A stretch of 64,000 bases of DNA from Candidatus Methanomethylicia archaeon (GTDB taxonomy: Archaea; Thermoproteota; Methanomethylicia; Culexarchaeales; Culexarchaeaceae), in contig JAVYVS010000001.1 of NCBI GenBank assembly GCA_038727515.1, positions 384,001-448,000 of the forward strand, given 5' to 3'. The position numbers were made by a program, and so were the translations under genes. Shown here in pieces: positions 1-10,165 of this stretch (its first letter is position 1; each line of letters opens with the position of its first letter). The notes under the pieces were generated by a model. The model was not told the origin of the DNA. It saw nothing but the letters and a program-made list of their open reading frames with translations, and made no database searches.

Positions 1-753
1 AATTCTACCAAGACCATAAGATCCTATGGGACCTCTAATAACAATCCCACTGAAAAAACGTTTTATACTTGCATTTGAAATTAAACCTTCATCCATAACA
101 TGCTTCAAGAGCAATCGCATTAACGTAATCACATCAACAGAATTTCTAACAGTTAAACCAATAATACACTTATCATCACCAATAGGTATAAACCAAGAAA
201 AGTAATCACTTAAACCATCAATATAAACATGTATATAATTACTATGAACTCTACAATGGACATAAGCTTGAAAACCAAGAAAATCATCACTATAATTTAT
301 CAAACCCAAACGCCTAGAGAAAAATCTCTTAGAACCTTCAGCTAAAATTATCAAATTAGATTTAAATCTGCGATCATCATCAACCTTTAATAAACCATTA
401 ACATCAATAAAAGAAACAAAACTATCAAGATGGATTGAATGACCCTTACTCAAACACCTATCATAAAAATATTGCTCAATGCCAACACGATCAACCTTTA
501 AAGCTAAAGGTTTACCCAACCAATACAACTTATAACCATTAAAACAAATAACAAAACCATCATATTCAGCTTCAATAAATTTCTTTGAAACACCAAGCAT
601 ATTAAAGGTTTTAGGACTAATGATACCAGCACAATGCATAGGTAAACCAATATTTGAATGCTCTTCAAAAATATGTACATCACCATCAATCATACTAGAT
701 AGATATAAACCTGAAAAACCGCCACCAACAACACAAACATCAACACTCCTCAT
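1..753 (-). CDS. Geranylgeranyl reductase-family FAD-dependent oxidoreductase (3' end outside window)
   Basis: Hand translation from ATG at 753: MRSVDVCVVGGGFSGLYLS...EEHSNIGLPMHCAGIIS, with the GxGxxG FAD motif and GGR-type CAG motif. Not in the ORF track because it runs off the window. Confidence 0.8.
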   Translation of the reverse strand, partial: MRSVDVCVVGGGFSGLYLSSMIDGDVHIFEEHSNIGLPMHCAGIISPKTFNMLGVSKKFIEAEYDGFVICFNGYKLYWLGKPLALKVDRVGIEQYFYDRCLSKGHSIHLDSFVSFIDVNGLLKVDDDRRFKSNLIILAEGSKRFFSRRLGLINYSDDFLGFQAYVHCRVHSNYIHVYIDGLSDYFSWFIPIGDDKCIIGLTVRNSVDVITLMRLLLKHVMDEGLISNASIKRFFSGIVIRGPIGSYGLGRI

Positions 754-858
754 AAATTCCAACCAATACAAAATAATTTATAGAAACAATCAACTTAATG
801 ATTTCCATAACCCAAAAATTAAATAACTTAAATTAAGAAGTTTATTCCATAGATGTAA

Positions 859-1635
859 ATGAATAATGAAGAATTATTTCGCAAAATAACCGAATTACTA
901 AGTGAAAGGAAAACTGTAGCTCTATGTACAGTAATAGAGAAAATTGGTTCTGGACCTAGAGATATTGGCGCGAAAATGATAGTATATGATGATGGTAAAA
1001 CCATGGGTAGTATAGGGGGAGGGCATATTGAGAGAATAATAGTTAAAGAAGCTTTAAAAGCCATTAAAGAAAATAAGAGTAGAGAAATAACACTTTCACT
1101 AGGTTCAGGTGAAGGTATAGAAACTGGATTGATATGTGGTGGAAGTATTAGAATTTTCATAGACATAATAAATCCGAAACCAAGATTAATAATAATTGGA
1201 TCTGGAAATATAGCAAAACCATTAGCTGAAATTGCAAATATAGTTGGATTTGATGTAATAATCGTAGATGATAATATGGAAACCGCAACAAAAGATAGAT
1301 TTCCAATGGTAAGTAAAATAATAGTGAATCAATTAACAAAGGGAATAGAAGAATTAGATATAAAAAGTGAAGATTTCATAGCAATAGTTCATGGAGATGT
1401 GGAAAAGGAATATGAAGTATTAAAAAAGATCTTGAAAACAAAAGTGAGGTATCTTGGTTTACTTGGAAGTAAAAGGAAAAGCTCTGAAATAAAAAGGAGG
1501 TTAATTGAGGAGGGATATAATAAGGAAGATGTTGAAAAAATACATTCACCAATAGGTTTAGATATAGGTGCAGAAACACCCGAAGAAATAGCTGTAAGCA
1601 TAACTGCAGAATTAATAGCAGTATTAAGGGGGTAA
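859..1635 (+). CDS. xdhC: XdhC/CoxI-family molybdenum cofactor insertion chaperone
   Basis: GSGPR..GAKM, GSIGGG, CGG, YLGLLGS, SPIGLDIGAETPEEIA motifs. Confidence 0.92.
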   Translation: MNNEELFRKITELLSERKTVALCTVIEKIGSGPRDIGAKMIVYDDGKTMGSIGGGHIERIIVKEALKAIKENKSREITLSLGSGEGIETGLICGGSIRIFIDIINPKPRLIIIGSGNIAKPLAEIANIVGFDVIIVDDNMETATKDRFPMVSKIIVNQLTKGIEELDIKSEDFIAIVHGDVEKEYEVLKKILKTKVRYLGLLGSKRKSSEIKRRLIEEGYNKEDVEKIHSPIGLDIGAETPEEIAVSITAELIAVLRG

Positions 1636-1638
1636 AAT

Positions 1639-2232
1639 ATGATTGCAGCAATAATACTTGCAGCTGGACACTCAAAAAGATTTGGCAGAAATAAACTACT
1701 AGAACCAATAAATGGAAAGCCAATGATAAAATGGACTATAGAAACAGCATTAAAAAGCAATGTAGGAAAAGTGGTAATTGTATTAGGATTTGAAGCAGAA
1801 AGAATCTATGAAGTAATAAAGGATCTACCATGTGAAAAAATTGTAAATCCAAAGTATGAATTAGGAATGAGTACATCAGTGAAATGTGGAGTTGAAAAAG
1901 TTATGGATAAAAATGAAGCAGTATTAATAATTCCAGGAGACTGCCCCTTCATAGATGAAAATACAATAAAAAACATTATAGATAGATATAGAGAAACTAA
2001 AGCACCAATAATTATAGCCACATATCAAGGTAGAAGAGGGCATCCAATATTGATAAGTAAAGAACTATATCAAGAAGTTATGAATATAAGCGAAGAGAAA
2101 ATGGGATTAAAAGAGGTAGTGAGAAAACATGAGGGAGAAATAGTTCATGTTGAAACAGATAATATGGGGGTAATAATAGATATAGATACACCAGAAGATT
2201 TAGAAAAAGCAATAGAGAAGCTTTTAAAATAA
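1639..2232 (+). CDS. mocA: Molybdenum cofactor cytidylyltransferase (MocA-like nucleotidyltransferase)
   Basis: ILAAGxSKRFG..KLL, GMSTS, GDxP, GHP, DIDTPED motifs; adjacent to xdhC. Confidence 0.88.
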   Translation: MIAAIILAAGHSKRFGRNKLLEPINGKPMIKWTIETALKSNVGKVVIVLGFEAERIYEVIKDLPCEKIVNPKYELGMSTSVKCGVEKVMDKNEAVLIIPGDCPFIDENTIKNIIDRYRETKAPIIIATYQGRRGHPILISKELYQEVMNISEEKMGLKEVVRKHEGEIVHVETDNMGVIIDIDTPEDLEKAIEKLLK

Positions 2233-2259
2233 AGCTATTAAATTAATTAAGACTATGAT

Positions 2260-3498
2260 ATGGTTAAAGGATTTAGATATATACCTCCAGAAAAAGCATT
2301 AGAAGAAGTTTTAAAACATATCCAAAGTATAAATGAAGTTGAAGAAATTCCAATACTTAATTCTGTGGGTAGAATATTAGCAGAAGATATAATAGTAAAA
2401 GAGGATATACCGCCAAGAGATACATCTCACTTTGATGGATATGCAGCAAATTATGAAGATACATTAAATGCATCATATGAAAACCCAGTAAGATTAAAGA
2501 TTAAGGGGGATATAGCACCAAATGAAGTACATAACTATGAAATTTCAAAGGGTGAAGTATATAGGATAAGTACAGGAGGCTACCTACCGAAAGGTGCTAA
2601 TACGATAATACCAGTGGAAGCAGTAAGAGTATTAGATAAAGAGACAATACAAATAACACGTAAATCAAAACCAATGGAGCATGTAATAAAATGTGGAGAA
2701 GACTATAAAAGCGGTGAAATAGCGCTGAAGATAGGTAGAATCATAAGACCTGTAGACATAGATTTAATGGCTTATATTAAGATTAAAAGGGTAAAGGTAT
2801 ATAGAAAACCAGTGATAGCAGTATTAGCCGTTGGAGATGAATTAATAATTGAAGAAACTTCACCACACACATACATGATAATGAAATTAATTGAAGAATT
2901 TGGTGCAACACCAATAGATATGGGGATAGCTAAAGATGATAACATGGATATAATGTATAAAATTGGAAAATCACTAAAGATATGTGACTTATTAATAACA
3001 ATTGGAGGATGTTCAGTGGGTGAAATGGATTTAGTTCCAGATGCAGTAATGTCAATGCCAAAATCAAAGATTATTGTTAGGGGAATAATGAGAGTTCCAG
3101 GTAGACAAACGAGTTTTGCAATTGTAGATGGAAAACCAATACTAATGCTTCCAGGATTAATACAATCTACAATCATAGGATTCTATACGCTTGGACTTCC
3201 ACTAATTTTAAAACTAAGCAATAATAATGCTAAACCCATGAAATTAAAGGTTAAATCATTTAGGGAAATAATAATTGAAAATATGCTTCCATTTGAGAGA
3301 GCAGTATTTGGTAGAATAATTGAATTAAAGGAAATACCAATAGTTGAAATATTAACTGGAAAATCATTATTGAGGAGAATGATGATAGATTCACATGGAT
3401 TTATAGTTATTCCCCCATTTAAAAATGCCATAAATAAAGGGGAGAATTTAGAACTTAATCTATTTAAGCCAAATTTATATGATAATTATGGGGATTGA
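2260..3498 (+). CDS. moeA: Molybdopterin molybdotransferase MoeA (divergent)
   Basis: GRILAEDI, DGYA, ISTGGxLPxGA, GDEL, GGxSVG motifs; the canonical LPGNP is altered. Confidence 0.82.
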   Translation: MVKGFRYIPPEKALEEVLKHIQSINEVEEIPILNSVGRILAEDIIVKEDIPPRDTSHFDGYAANYEDTLNASYENPVRLKIKGDIAPNEVHNYEISKGEVYRISTGGYLPKGANTIIPVEAVRVLDKETIQITRKSKPMEHVIKCGEDYKSGEIALKIGRIIRPVDIDLMAYIKIKRVKVYRKPVIAVLAVGDELIIEETSPHTYMIMKLIEEFGATPIDMGIAKDDNMDIMYKIGKSLKICDLLITIGGCSVGEMDLVPDAVMSMPKSKIIVRGIMRVPGRQTSFAIVDGKPILMLPGLIQSTIIGFYTLGLPLILKLSNNNAKPMKLKVKSFREIIIENMLPFERAVFGRIIELKEIPIVEILTGKSLLRRMMIDSHGFIVIPPFKNAINKGENLELNLFKPNLYDNYGD

Positions 3499-3805
3499 AA
3501 TTAAAGAGATATCACTGGAACAATTAATTTCAAAATTCAATATAAATTTAAATGAAATCATAGCAGAACTGGAAAAATTGAATGTAGATGTGAAGGATAC
3601 AAGGATATTTCTAGAGGATTATGTACCAATACGTTTACAAGAAATATTCTCCTATATAAACGGTAAATATAATTTGGATGTTATTGAAACAATGGTTTTA
3701 GAAGGTAATTTAGTAATAATATGTGTAAAAAGGAGAGTAAATGGAAGTAAAACAATACTTGGTTTAACAGCTACTCACAATAACCACACCAATCAAGGAT
3801 CATAG
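3488..3805 (+). CDS. Hypothetical protein
   Basis: Open frame coupled to the moeA stop with host-like codon usage; 3' end overlaps the convergent gene by 35 bp. Confidence 0.5.
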   Translation: MGIEIKEISLEQLISKFNINLNEIIAELEKLNVDVKDTRIFLEDYVPIRLQEIFSYINGKYNLDVIETMVLEGNLVIICVKRRVNGSKTILGLTATHNNHTNQGS

Positions 3806-5060
3806 TAGCCATAACCTTGACAGCATTAATAACATTCTTTAAATCAACCCATTCGTTATATGCATGCATTTGCGTTATAGTTCCAGGACCAAAGCATACA
3901 GTTGGAATACCCATCTTCATTAAGATCCTCATATCAGTAGCACCTTCATGTCCTTTAACAATAGGCTCAGAATTCAATGATTTCCTATATGCATTCATAA
4001 GGGTTGAAACCAATGGATGACTCAATTGTATTTCTACACCCTCACCAGCATAACCCTCTTGTGAAATTTCAGGGGGATTATGTTTAAGCCAAGGATCAGT
4101 TTCACAATACTTTAATATGAAATTCCTTAATTCACTTATTGCATCACTTATAGTTTCACCTGGAAGTAAACCCATTCTCCCACGCATTTCAGCTTCATCA
4201 GGTATAACGCTGGGATAACTACCAGCATTAAACATCCCAATAAATAATGCCAATGCACCTCTAGGATCTGGATATAATGGATGCTTCTTCTCTAAAACCC
4301 TAATATCATAAAATCTTTTAATAGTTTCATAAATTTTATATGCTTGTTCAATAACATTTACACCCTCCCAAATCCTAGACATAGATGCTGTTTTTCCCCT
4401 AACTTTAATCTTAAACCACATACTACCAGAAACTGCAGGTTGGATTTCCATATCACTAGCTTCAGCATTTATAGCTCCATCAGCAACATAACCTCTTAGA
4501 AGAGCTGCAAGAGTACCATTGCTACTGTACTCTTCATCTATAACGTAATGTAAATATATGTCTCCAAGAGGTTTAACCCCAACATCCAGGAGTAGTTTAA
4601 CAGCCATAGTATAAGCAGCAACACCACTCTTCATATCTGAAGCTCCTCTACCATAAAGTCTTCCATCCACAATTTCCCCTTTAAAAGGATCATAGCTCCA
4701 TGAAGACCTTGAACCTGCTGGGATAACATCAATATGACCATTGAAAGCTAGAGATCTTCCTCCACCTTCACCCTTAACTATCCCAACGAGCATAGGTCTA
4801 TCCTTATAACTTAATTTAATTTTCTCAGCCAGAGGATTCTTGAGAAGTTCTTTTTCATCTATAAACCACATATCATACTTTAAACCCCAATCTCTAAGTT
4901 TAGAAGCTATAAACTCTTGTATACCACTCTCTTCACCAGTAACACTTGGAATACTAATTAAATCCCTTAAGAAATTTATTATTTCATCCCTACAATTATC
5001 AATATTATTTAAAACTTTCTCTAAAATCGTCTTCTTACCCAAAGATATCACCAAAACCAC
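3771..5060 (-). CDS. M20 family ArgE/DapE-type deacylase
   Basis: NGHIDV, GRGASDMKSG, DEE, GATD and FGPG..MH..NE motifs. Confidence 0.88.
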   Translation of the reverse strand: MVLVISLGKKTILEKVLNNIDNCRDEIINFLRDLISIPSVTGEESGIQEFIASKLRDWGLKYDMWFIDEKELLKNPLAEKIKLSYKDRPMLVGIVKGEGGGRSLAFNGHIDVIPAGSRSSWSYDPFKGEIVDGRLYGRGASDMKSGVAAYTMAVKLLLDVGVKPLGDIYLHYVIDEEYSSNGTLAALLRGYVADGAINAEASDMEIQPAVSGSMWFKIKVRGKTASMSRIWEGVNVIEQAYKIYETIKRFYDIRVLEKKHPLYPDPRGALALFIGMFNAGSYPSVIPDEAEMRGRMGLLPGETISDAISELRNFILKYCETDPWLKHNPPEISQEGYAGEGVEIQLSHPLVSTLMNAYRKSLNSEPIVKGHEGATDMRILMKMGIPTVCFGPGTITQMHAYNEWVDLKNVINAVKVMATMILDWCGYCE

Positions 5061-5135
5061 TTATATATGAAGATGAAAATAATATTTTGCATCAACAATA
5101 TATGCAACGAAATAAACAAGTATTTTGATGTATAA

Positions 5136-6167
5136 ATGAGAGCAGCCATATTAAATTCCCCAAGGAACTTAACAATATCAGAAGTTCAAACACCATTAAA
5201 TCCTAGAATGGATGAAGTAATAATAAAGGTTAAATATGCAGCAATATGTGGAACAGATCTCCATTTATACAGAGGAGAGACACCAGCCAAATATCCAGTT
5301 ATACTTGGACATGAATATGCAGGAGAGGTATTAATGGTGGGATCAGGCATAAGAACATTTAAACCTGGAGATAGAGTTATAGGTTCATATATGGTATCAT
5401 GTGGAAAATGTAGATTTTGCATTATTGGAAAACCACATTTATGTGAAAGAAGATTAATGTTTGGAATAAATATTGATGGTTCTTTCGCTGAATATATGAG
5501 GATTCCATTAGCGGAAAGAGTACTAGTGAAAATTCCAGATGAAATAAACTTAGAAGATGCAGTATTAATTCCAGATACATTTTTAACAGCATTAAACGCT
5601 GTAGAAATAGGTTTGAAAGCTGGAGAAACCATATTGATAACTGGACTTGGAAGTATAGGATTATCAGCAGTAATAGCAGCAAAAATTATGGGGGCTGGAA
5701 AAATAATTGGAACCGTGAGAAGAGAAAAACCTGCAAAAATAGCAGAAGAATTAGGAGTAAATTATATCATTAATCCTGAAGATGAAAATATACTAAATAA
5801 GATAATGAAATTAACAGATAATTATGGTGTAGATATATCAATAGAAACTAGTGGAAGTCCCAAGAATATTAGGTTAGCATTTGAATCTCTAAAACCAGGT
5901 GGAAAATTAATTCAAGTAGCAATACCAATAGAACCAGTAACTCTAGACTTAAAATATATGATTGGAATGGAAAAAAGTATTATAGGAGCATTAAATCCTG
6001 GAACAATAATACACATAGAAAAAGCATTAAACCTAATTAAAGATAGAATAAGTGACCTTAGGAAAATAGTTACACATAAATATGATTTAGAAGAATTAAA
6101 TAAGGCTATGGAAATCCTTGAAAAGAGAATTGAAGATCCAGTAAAAGTGATGATAAGGATAGATTGA
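5136..6167 (+). CDS. Zn-dependent (MDR) alcohol dehydrogenase
   Basis: CGTD, GHE, CxxCxxC-x7-C structural Zn site, GLGSIG nucleotide-binding motif. Confidence 0.9.
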   Translation: MRAAILNSPRNLTISEVQTPLNPRMDEVIIKVKYAAICGTDLHLYRGETPAKYPVILGHEYAGEVLMVGSGIRTFKPGDRVIGSYMVSCGKCRFCIIGKPHLCERRLMFGINIDGSFAEYMRIPLAERVLVKIPDEINLEDAVLIPDTFLTALNAVEIGLKAGETILITGLGSIGLSAVIAAKIMGAGKIIGTVRREKPAKIAEELGVNYIINPEDENILNKIMKLTDNYGVDISIETSGSPKNIRLAFESLKPGGKLIQVAIPIEPVTLDLKYMIGMEKSIIGALNPGTIIHIEKALNLIKDRISDLRKIVTHKYDLEELNKAMEILEKRIEDPVKVMIRID

Positions 6168-6217
6168 AATTAAACTGTTATATGTATCTATAAACAATAT
6201 TAACTGGAGGATGTAAA

Positions 6218-7540
6218 ATGCCAAAGGTATCAATAGTAAGAGTGAAAGAACCAATAAATGAAGATAATGTTTATGAAGCTGTAGAAAAGGCAGTAAACAT
6301 GATTGGAGGAATAAGTAAATTTGTAAAAAGTGGAGAAAGAGTTTTAATAAAACCAAATTTAGTGAGTCCAAGACCTCCACCAGTAACCACTGACCCAAAA
6401 GTTGTGAGAGCAATAGCATTAATGGTAAAAGATTCTGGAGGAAAACCAATAATAGGAGAATCATGTTCAGCCATGACCCATTGGTGGAGGGAGGGTATGA
6501 ATACAAGGCAAGTAATGGAGGTATTAGGATATATGAAGATGGCAAAAGAAATTGGAGTGGAAATTAAGCCATTTGATGAATATGGAGTATTTAAATCAGT
6601 TAAAATGAAGGTCCCAAATGGATTAATACTAAAGGAAATTGAAGTTGCAGAATTAATACAAGAAGTTGACAAGATAATAGGAGTACCGGTATTAAAGACT
6701 AGCATGGAAGGTGGAGGTATAACTGGATGTATAAAGTTAATGCATGGAGTAGTGAATACATTCAATGATAGATTGAAATGGCATAGAACAGATTTATGGT
6801 ATAAATTAATTGATGAAATAAAACCATACAGAGACAAATATGTTCTAGGCGTAATAGATGCAATTAAATGTATGGAGGGTGATGGTCCAATACATGGAAG
6901 TCCAGTAGATTTAAACTTGATAATAGCAGGTGAAGACCCGGTTGCAACCGATGCTATTGCAGCAAAAGTAATTGGATATGAATATCCAAATCTAGAAGTT
7001 GGACCTATAGCAATAGCTCATACACAAGGATTGGGTATTGGAGATCCAACTCAAATAGAAGTTTTAGGTGAACCAATAGAAAAGGTTAAGAGGAGATTTA
7101 AATTTGCAACATGTGAAATAATTGAACCACACTTTCCAAATACAATAGTTATAGATGGAGCTACATGTAGAACATGTAAAGCATGGATAAAATTCACATT
7201 GTATATGCTAAAGGATACTGGATTCTTTAATGATATTAAAGCAATGGGGAAGAAATTATACATATATACAGGCTTAAATACTCCAATACCACAAGAATTA
7301 GATGAATTAAAGAAGATTTGTGGAGAAGGATTAATAATAGTATTTGGTGAATGTGCAGTGTCAACAACAGCAAGAGAAATCTATTGGATTTTAACTCAAG
7401 GTGAAATTAAAGATAAAGTGGTTATGGTATATGGATGTCCTCCCTTTGCAGTATCCCATTATGCATCTGAAATAAGGATGAAAATGGGTTTGGAAGTCGG
7501 AGAAAGAGAAAGGGAAGCATTTAAATATGTTCCAACATAG
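6218..7540 (+). CDS. DUF362-domain Fe-S protein with C-terminal CxxC..GxC..GCPP domain
   Basis: VLIKPNL, TTDP, PVLKT, MEGDGP, DPVATDA motifs; GGAGG RBS upstream. Confidence 0.82.
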   Translation: MPKVSIVRVKEPINEDNVYEAVEKAVNMIGGISKFVKSGERVLIKPNLVSPRPPPVTTDPKVVRAIALMVKDSGGKPIIGESCSAMTHWWREGMNTRQVMEVLGYMKMAKEIGVEIKPFDEYGVFKSVKMKVPNGLILKEIEVAELIQEVDKIIGVPVLKTSMEGGGITGCIKLMHGVVNTFNDRLKWHRTDLWYKLIDEIKPYRDKYVLGVIDAIKCMEGDGPIHGSPVDLNLIIAGEDPVATDAIAAKVIGYEYPNLEVGPIAIAHTQGLGIGDPTQIEVLGEPIEKVKRRFKFATCEIIEPHFPNTIVIDGATCRTCKAWIKFTLYMLKDTGFFNDIKAMGKKLYIYTGLNTPIPQELDELKKICGEGLIIVFGECAVSTTAREIYWILTQGEIKDKVVMVYGCPPFAVSHYASEIRMKMGLEVGEREREAFKYVPT

Positions 7541-7542
7541 GT

Positions 7543-9879
7543 ATGGTGCATAACATGAGTGAAGCAATAAAACTAATAGAGAAGTGGCTTAAAGCTGAAG
7601 AATTCATAATTGTAGGGAAATCCATAGATAGAGTAGATGCAATAGATAAAGCAACTGGAAAAGCAAAATTCATGGAAGATTACACATTACCGGGAATGCT
7701 ATATGCAAAATTAGTTTTAAGTAGTGAATCACATGCAAAAATAATAGAAGTAAATTCTCAAAATGCATTGAAAGATTCAAGGGTTGTAAGAGTTATAACT
7801 GCAAGAGATATACCGGGTGAAAATCAAGTTGGATATGCACTACCAGATCAACCATTATTAGCAGAGGGGAAAGTTAGATATCATGGAGAACCTATAGCAA
7901 TTGTAGTTGCAGAAGATCCAGAAGCAGCTATAATTGGAGCTTCAGAAGTAAAAGTCAAGTATAGCCGATTGCCAGTATTATTAGATCCTTTAGAAGCAAT
8001 GAAGAGAACAGATGTATTAATACATGAAAATATTGGAAGCAATATAGCATTTAAAACAAAAGTTAGAAGAGGAGATGTTAAGAGGGGATTTGAAGAATCA
8101 GAGGTAATAGTAGAAAATGAATATAGAACTCAACATCAAGAACACTTATATCTAGAAACTGAAGGTGCTTTAGCAATACCGGAGAAAAGTGGGGAATACA
8201 CAATATTATCATGTGCACAATATCCACATTTAGCACAAGCAATAACAGCTAGAGTTCTAGGGATACCGACAAGTAAGATAAAGATAATACAACCATATAT
8301 TGGTGGAGGATTTGGTGGAAAAGATGATACAGGACCTCTTGTAGCAGCTCAAGCAGCATTAGCAGCCTATTTAACTGGAAGACCAACACTATTAATATAT
8401 TCTAGAGAAGAATCTTTTAGAGTACATTGCAAACGTGAACAAAGTATAATAAGATATAAATCTGGAGCAACAATAAATGGAAAATTAACAGCTATAGAAG
8501 TTGAAATAATAATGGATGCAGGTGCATACTCTAACAGAGGACCCTTCATACTCTGGAGAGCAACTATGCATGCTTCAGGACCATACTACATTGAAAATGC
8601 AAAGATAGATGGATATTGTGTATATACAAACAAGGTTTATCAAGGATCCTTTAGAGGATTTGGAAATCCAGATATACAATTTGCAGCAGAATCTCAAATA
8701 GATGAAATAGCCAATAAAATAGGTATTGATCCATTAGAACTTAGACTTAAAAACCTTCTAAAACCAGGGATGCCGACAATAACGGGACAATTACTAGATG
8801 AATCTGTTGGAATAAGTGAAGCATTAAAAATTCTCTCTGAAAGAGCTGAATGGAAAATTAAAAGATCAATGTATAAAGCTGATAAGGGAAGATATAAGAG
8901 GGGTATAGGAGTAGCATGTGGATGGCATGGAATAAGTACAAGTAGAGGAGTTCCAGATTGGTCTAATGCTATAATAAAAGTAAACAAGGATGGAGGAGTA
9001 GAAGTATATACTGGAATAACGGAAATAGGACAAGGAACTCCAACAACATCACACATACAAATAGTAAGTGAAATATTAGGGGTACCACCAGAACAAATAA
9101 CCATACATTTTGGAACAACAGATGCCCCAGATACAGGTGCAACACATGCCTCTAGAGGGACAAGTATAGGTGCAATAGGAGTTTTGGTTGCAGCTGCAAG
9201 AATAAGGGAGAGACTTACAAATTTAGCATCAGAAATACTTCAATGTAAACCAGAAGAATTAAAATTTGAGAATGGAAGAGTATACTCAAGGGAAAAACCA
9301 GAAAAGGAGATTGATTGGAAAAGGTTAGTATTAAAAGCATATGAAAGTGGAATAGAATTATCATCAACAGGATACTTCTATCTACCAAAGGGTACCTTTG
9401 ACCATGAAGTTGGACAAGGATATGCATATCCAGCATATAGCTACATTGTAAATATAGCTGAAGTTGAAGTAGATATGGAAACGGGAATGATAAAAGTATT
9501 AAGGGTATGGCCTGCAATAGCTAGTGGAAGAATAATAAATCCAAAGGCTGTAGAGGGACAGATAGAGGGAGCAATAGCTCAAGGAATAGGATTAGCATTA
9601 ATGGAGAAATTGGAATTTGATGATAAAGGAGTTATAATAAATGCCAATCTAACAGATTATGTAGTTCCAACAGCATTGGATATGCCTAAAATAGAAAAAC
9701 CAGTATTCATTGAAGATTTATTTAAATATGGACCCTTTGGAGCTAAAGGTGTTGGAGAAATGGCGTTAATACCAACACCAGCAGCAATAGCTAATGCAGT
9801 TGCACATGCTATAGGTAAAAGGATATATGAACTACCATTGACTCCAGAAAGAGTATACTTTACCATAAGGAGGAATTAA
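7543..9879 (+). CDS. Xanthine dehydrogenase/aldehyde oxidoreductase family molybdopterin-binding subunit
   Basis: GGGFGGK, FRGFG, EIGQG, GQIEG, GAKGVGE motifs. Confidence 0.93.
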   Translation: MVHNMSEAIKLIEKWLKAEEFIIVGKSIDRVDAIDKATGKAKFMEDYTLPGMLYAKLVLSSESHAKIIEVNSQNALKDSRVVRVITARDIPGENQVGYALPDQPLLAEGKVRYHGEPIAIVVAEDPEAAIIGASEVKVKYSRLPVLLDPLEAMKRTDVLIHENIGSNIAFKTKVRRGDVKRGFEESEVIVENEYRTQHQEHLYLETEGALAIPEKSGEYTILSCAQYPHLAQAITARVLGIPTSKIKIIQPYIGGGFGGKDDTGPLVAAQAALAAYLTGRPTLLIYSREESFRVHCKREQSIIRYKSGATINGKLTAIEVEIIMDAGAYSNRGPFILWRATMHASGPYYIENAKIDGYCVYTNKVYQGSFRGFGNPDIQFAAESQIDEIANKIGIDPLELRLKNLLKPGMPTITGQLLDESVGISEALKILSERAEWKIKRSMYKADKGRYKRGIGVACGWHGISTSRGVPDWSNAIIKVNKDGGVEVYTGITEIGQGTPTTSHIQIVSEILGVPPEQITIHFGTTDAPDTGATHASRGTSIGAIGVLVAAARIRERLTNLASEILQCKPEELKFENGRVYSREKPEKEIDWKRLVLKAYESGIELSSTGYFYLPKGTFDHEVGQGYAYPAYSYIVNIAEVEVDMETGMIKVLRVWPAIASGRIINPKAVEGQIEGAIAQGIGLALMEKLEFDDKGVIINANLTDYVVPTALDMPKIEKPVFIEDLFKYGPFGAKGVGEMALIPTPAAIANAVAHAIGKRIYELPLTPERVYFTIRRN

Positions 9880-9880
9880 A

Positions 9881-10165
9881 ATGCCAAAGATAACATTGAA
9901 GATAATGTTTGGACCCTTAAGAAGTATGATAGGTTTAGATGAATATACTGTAGAGGTAGAGAGCTTTAAAGAATTATTGGATAAAATATCTGAGAAATAT
10001 GGTGAACAAATATATGAATTATTCTTCGCAAAAAATGGCAAAGATTACCCCTTCAACCATATAATAATCGATGGGAAAATATATAGAGCTTCAGAAATTA
10101 TGAACATAAAATTCCATGAGGATAAAATCATATACATATGGCCCGCATTAAATGGAGGTGTATAA
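9881..10165 (+). CDS. MoaD/ThiS/SAMP-like ubiquitin-fold protein ending in GG-V
   Basis: 94 aa, beta-grasp-like pattern, C-terminus WPALNGGV; AGGAGG RBS. Confidence 0.75.
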   Translation: MPKITLKIMFGPLRSMIGLDEYTVEVESFKELLDKISEKYGEQIYELFFAKNGKDYPFNHIIIDGKIYRASEIMNIKFHEDKIIYIWPALNGGV

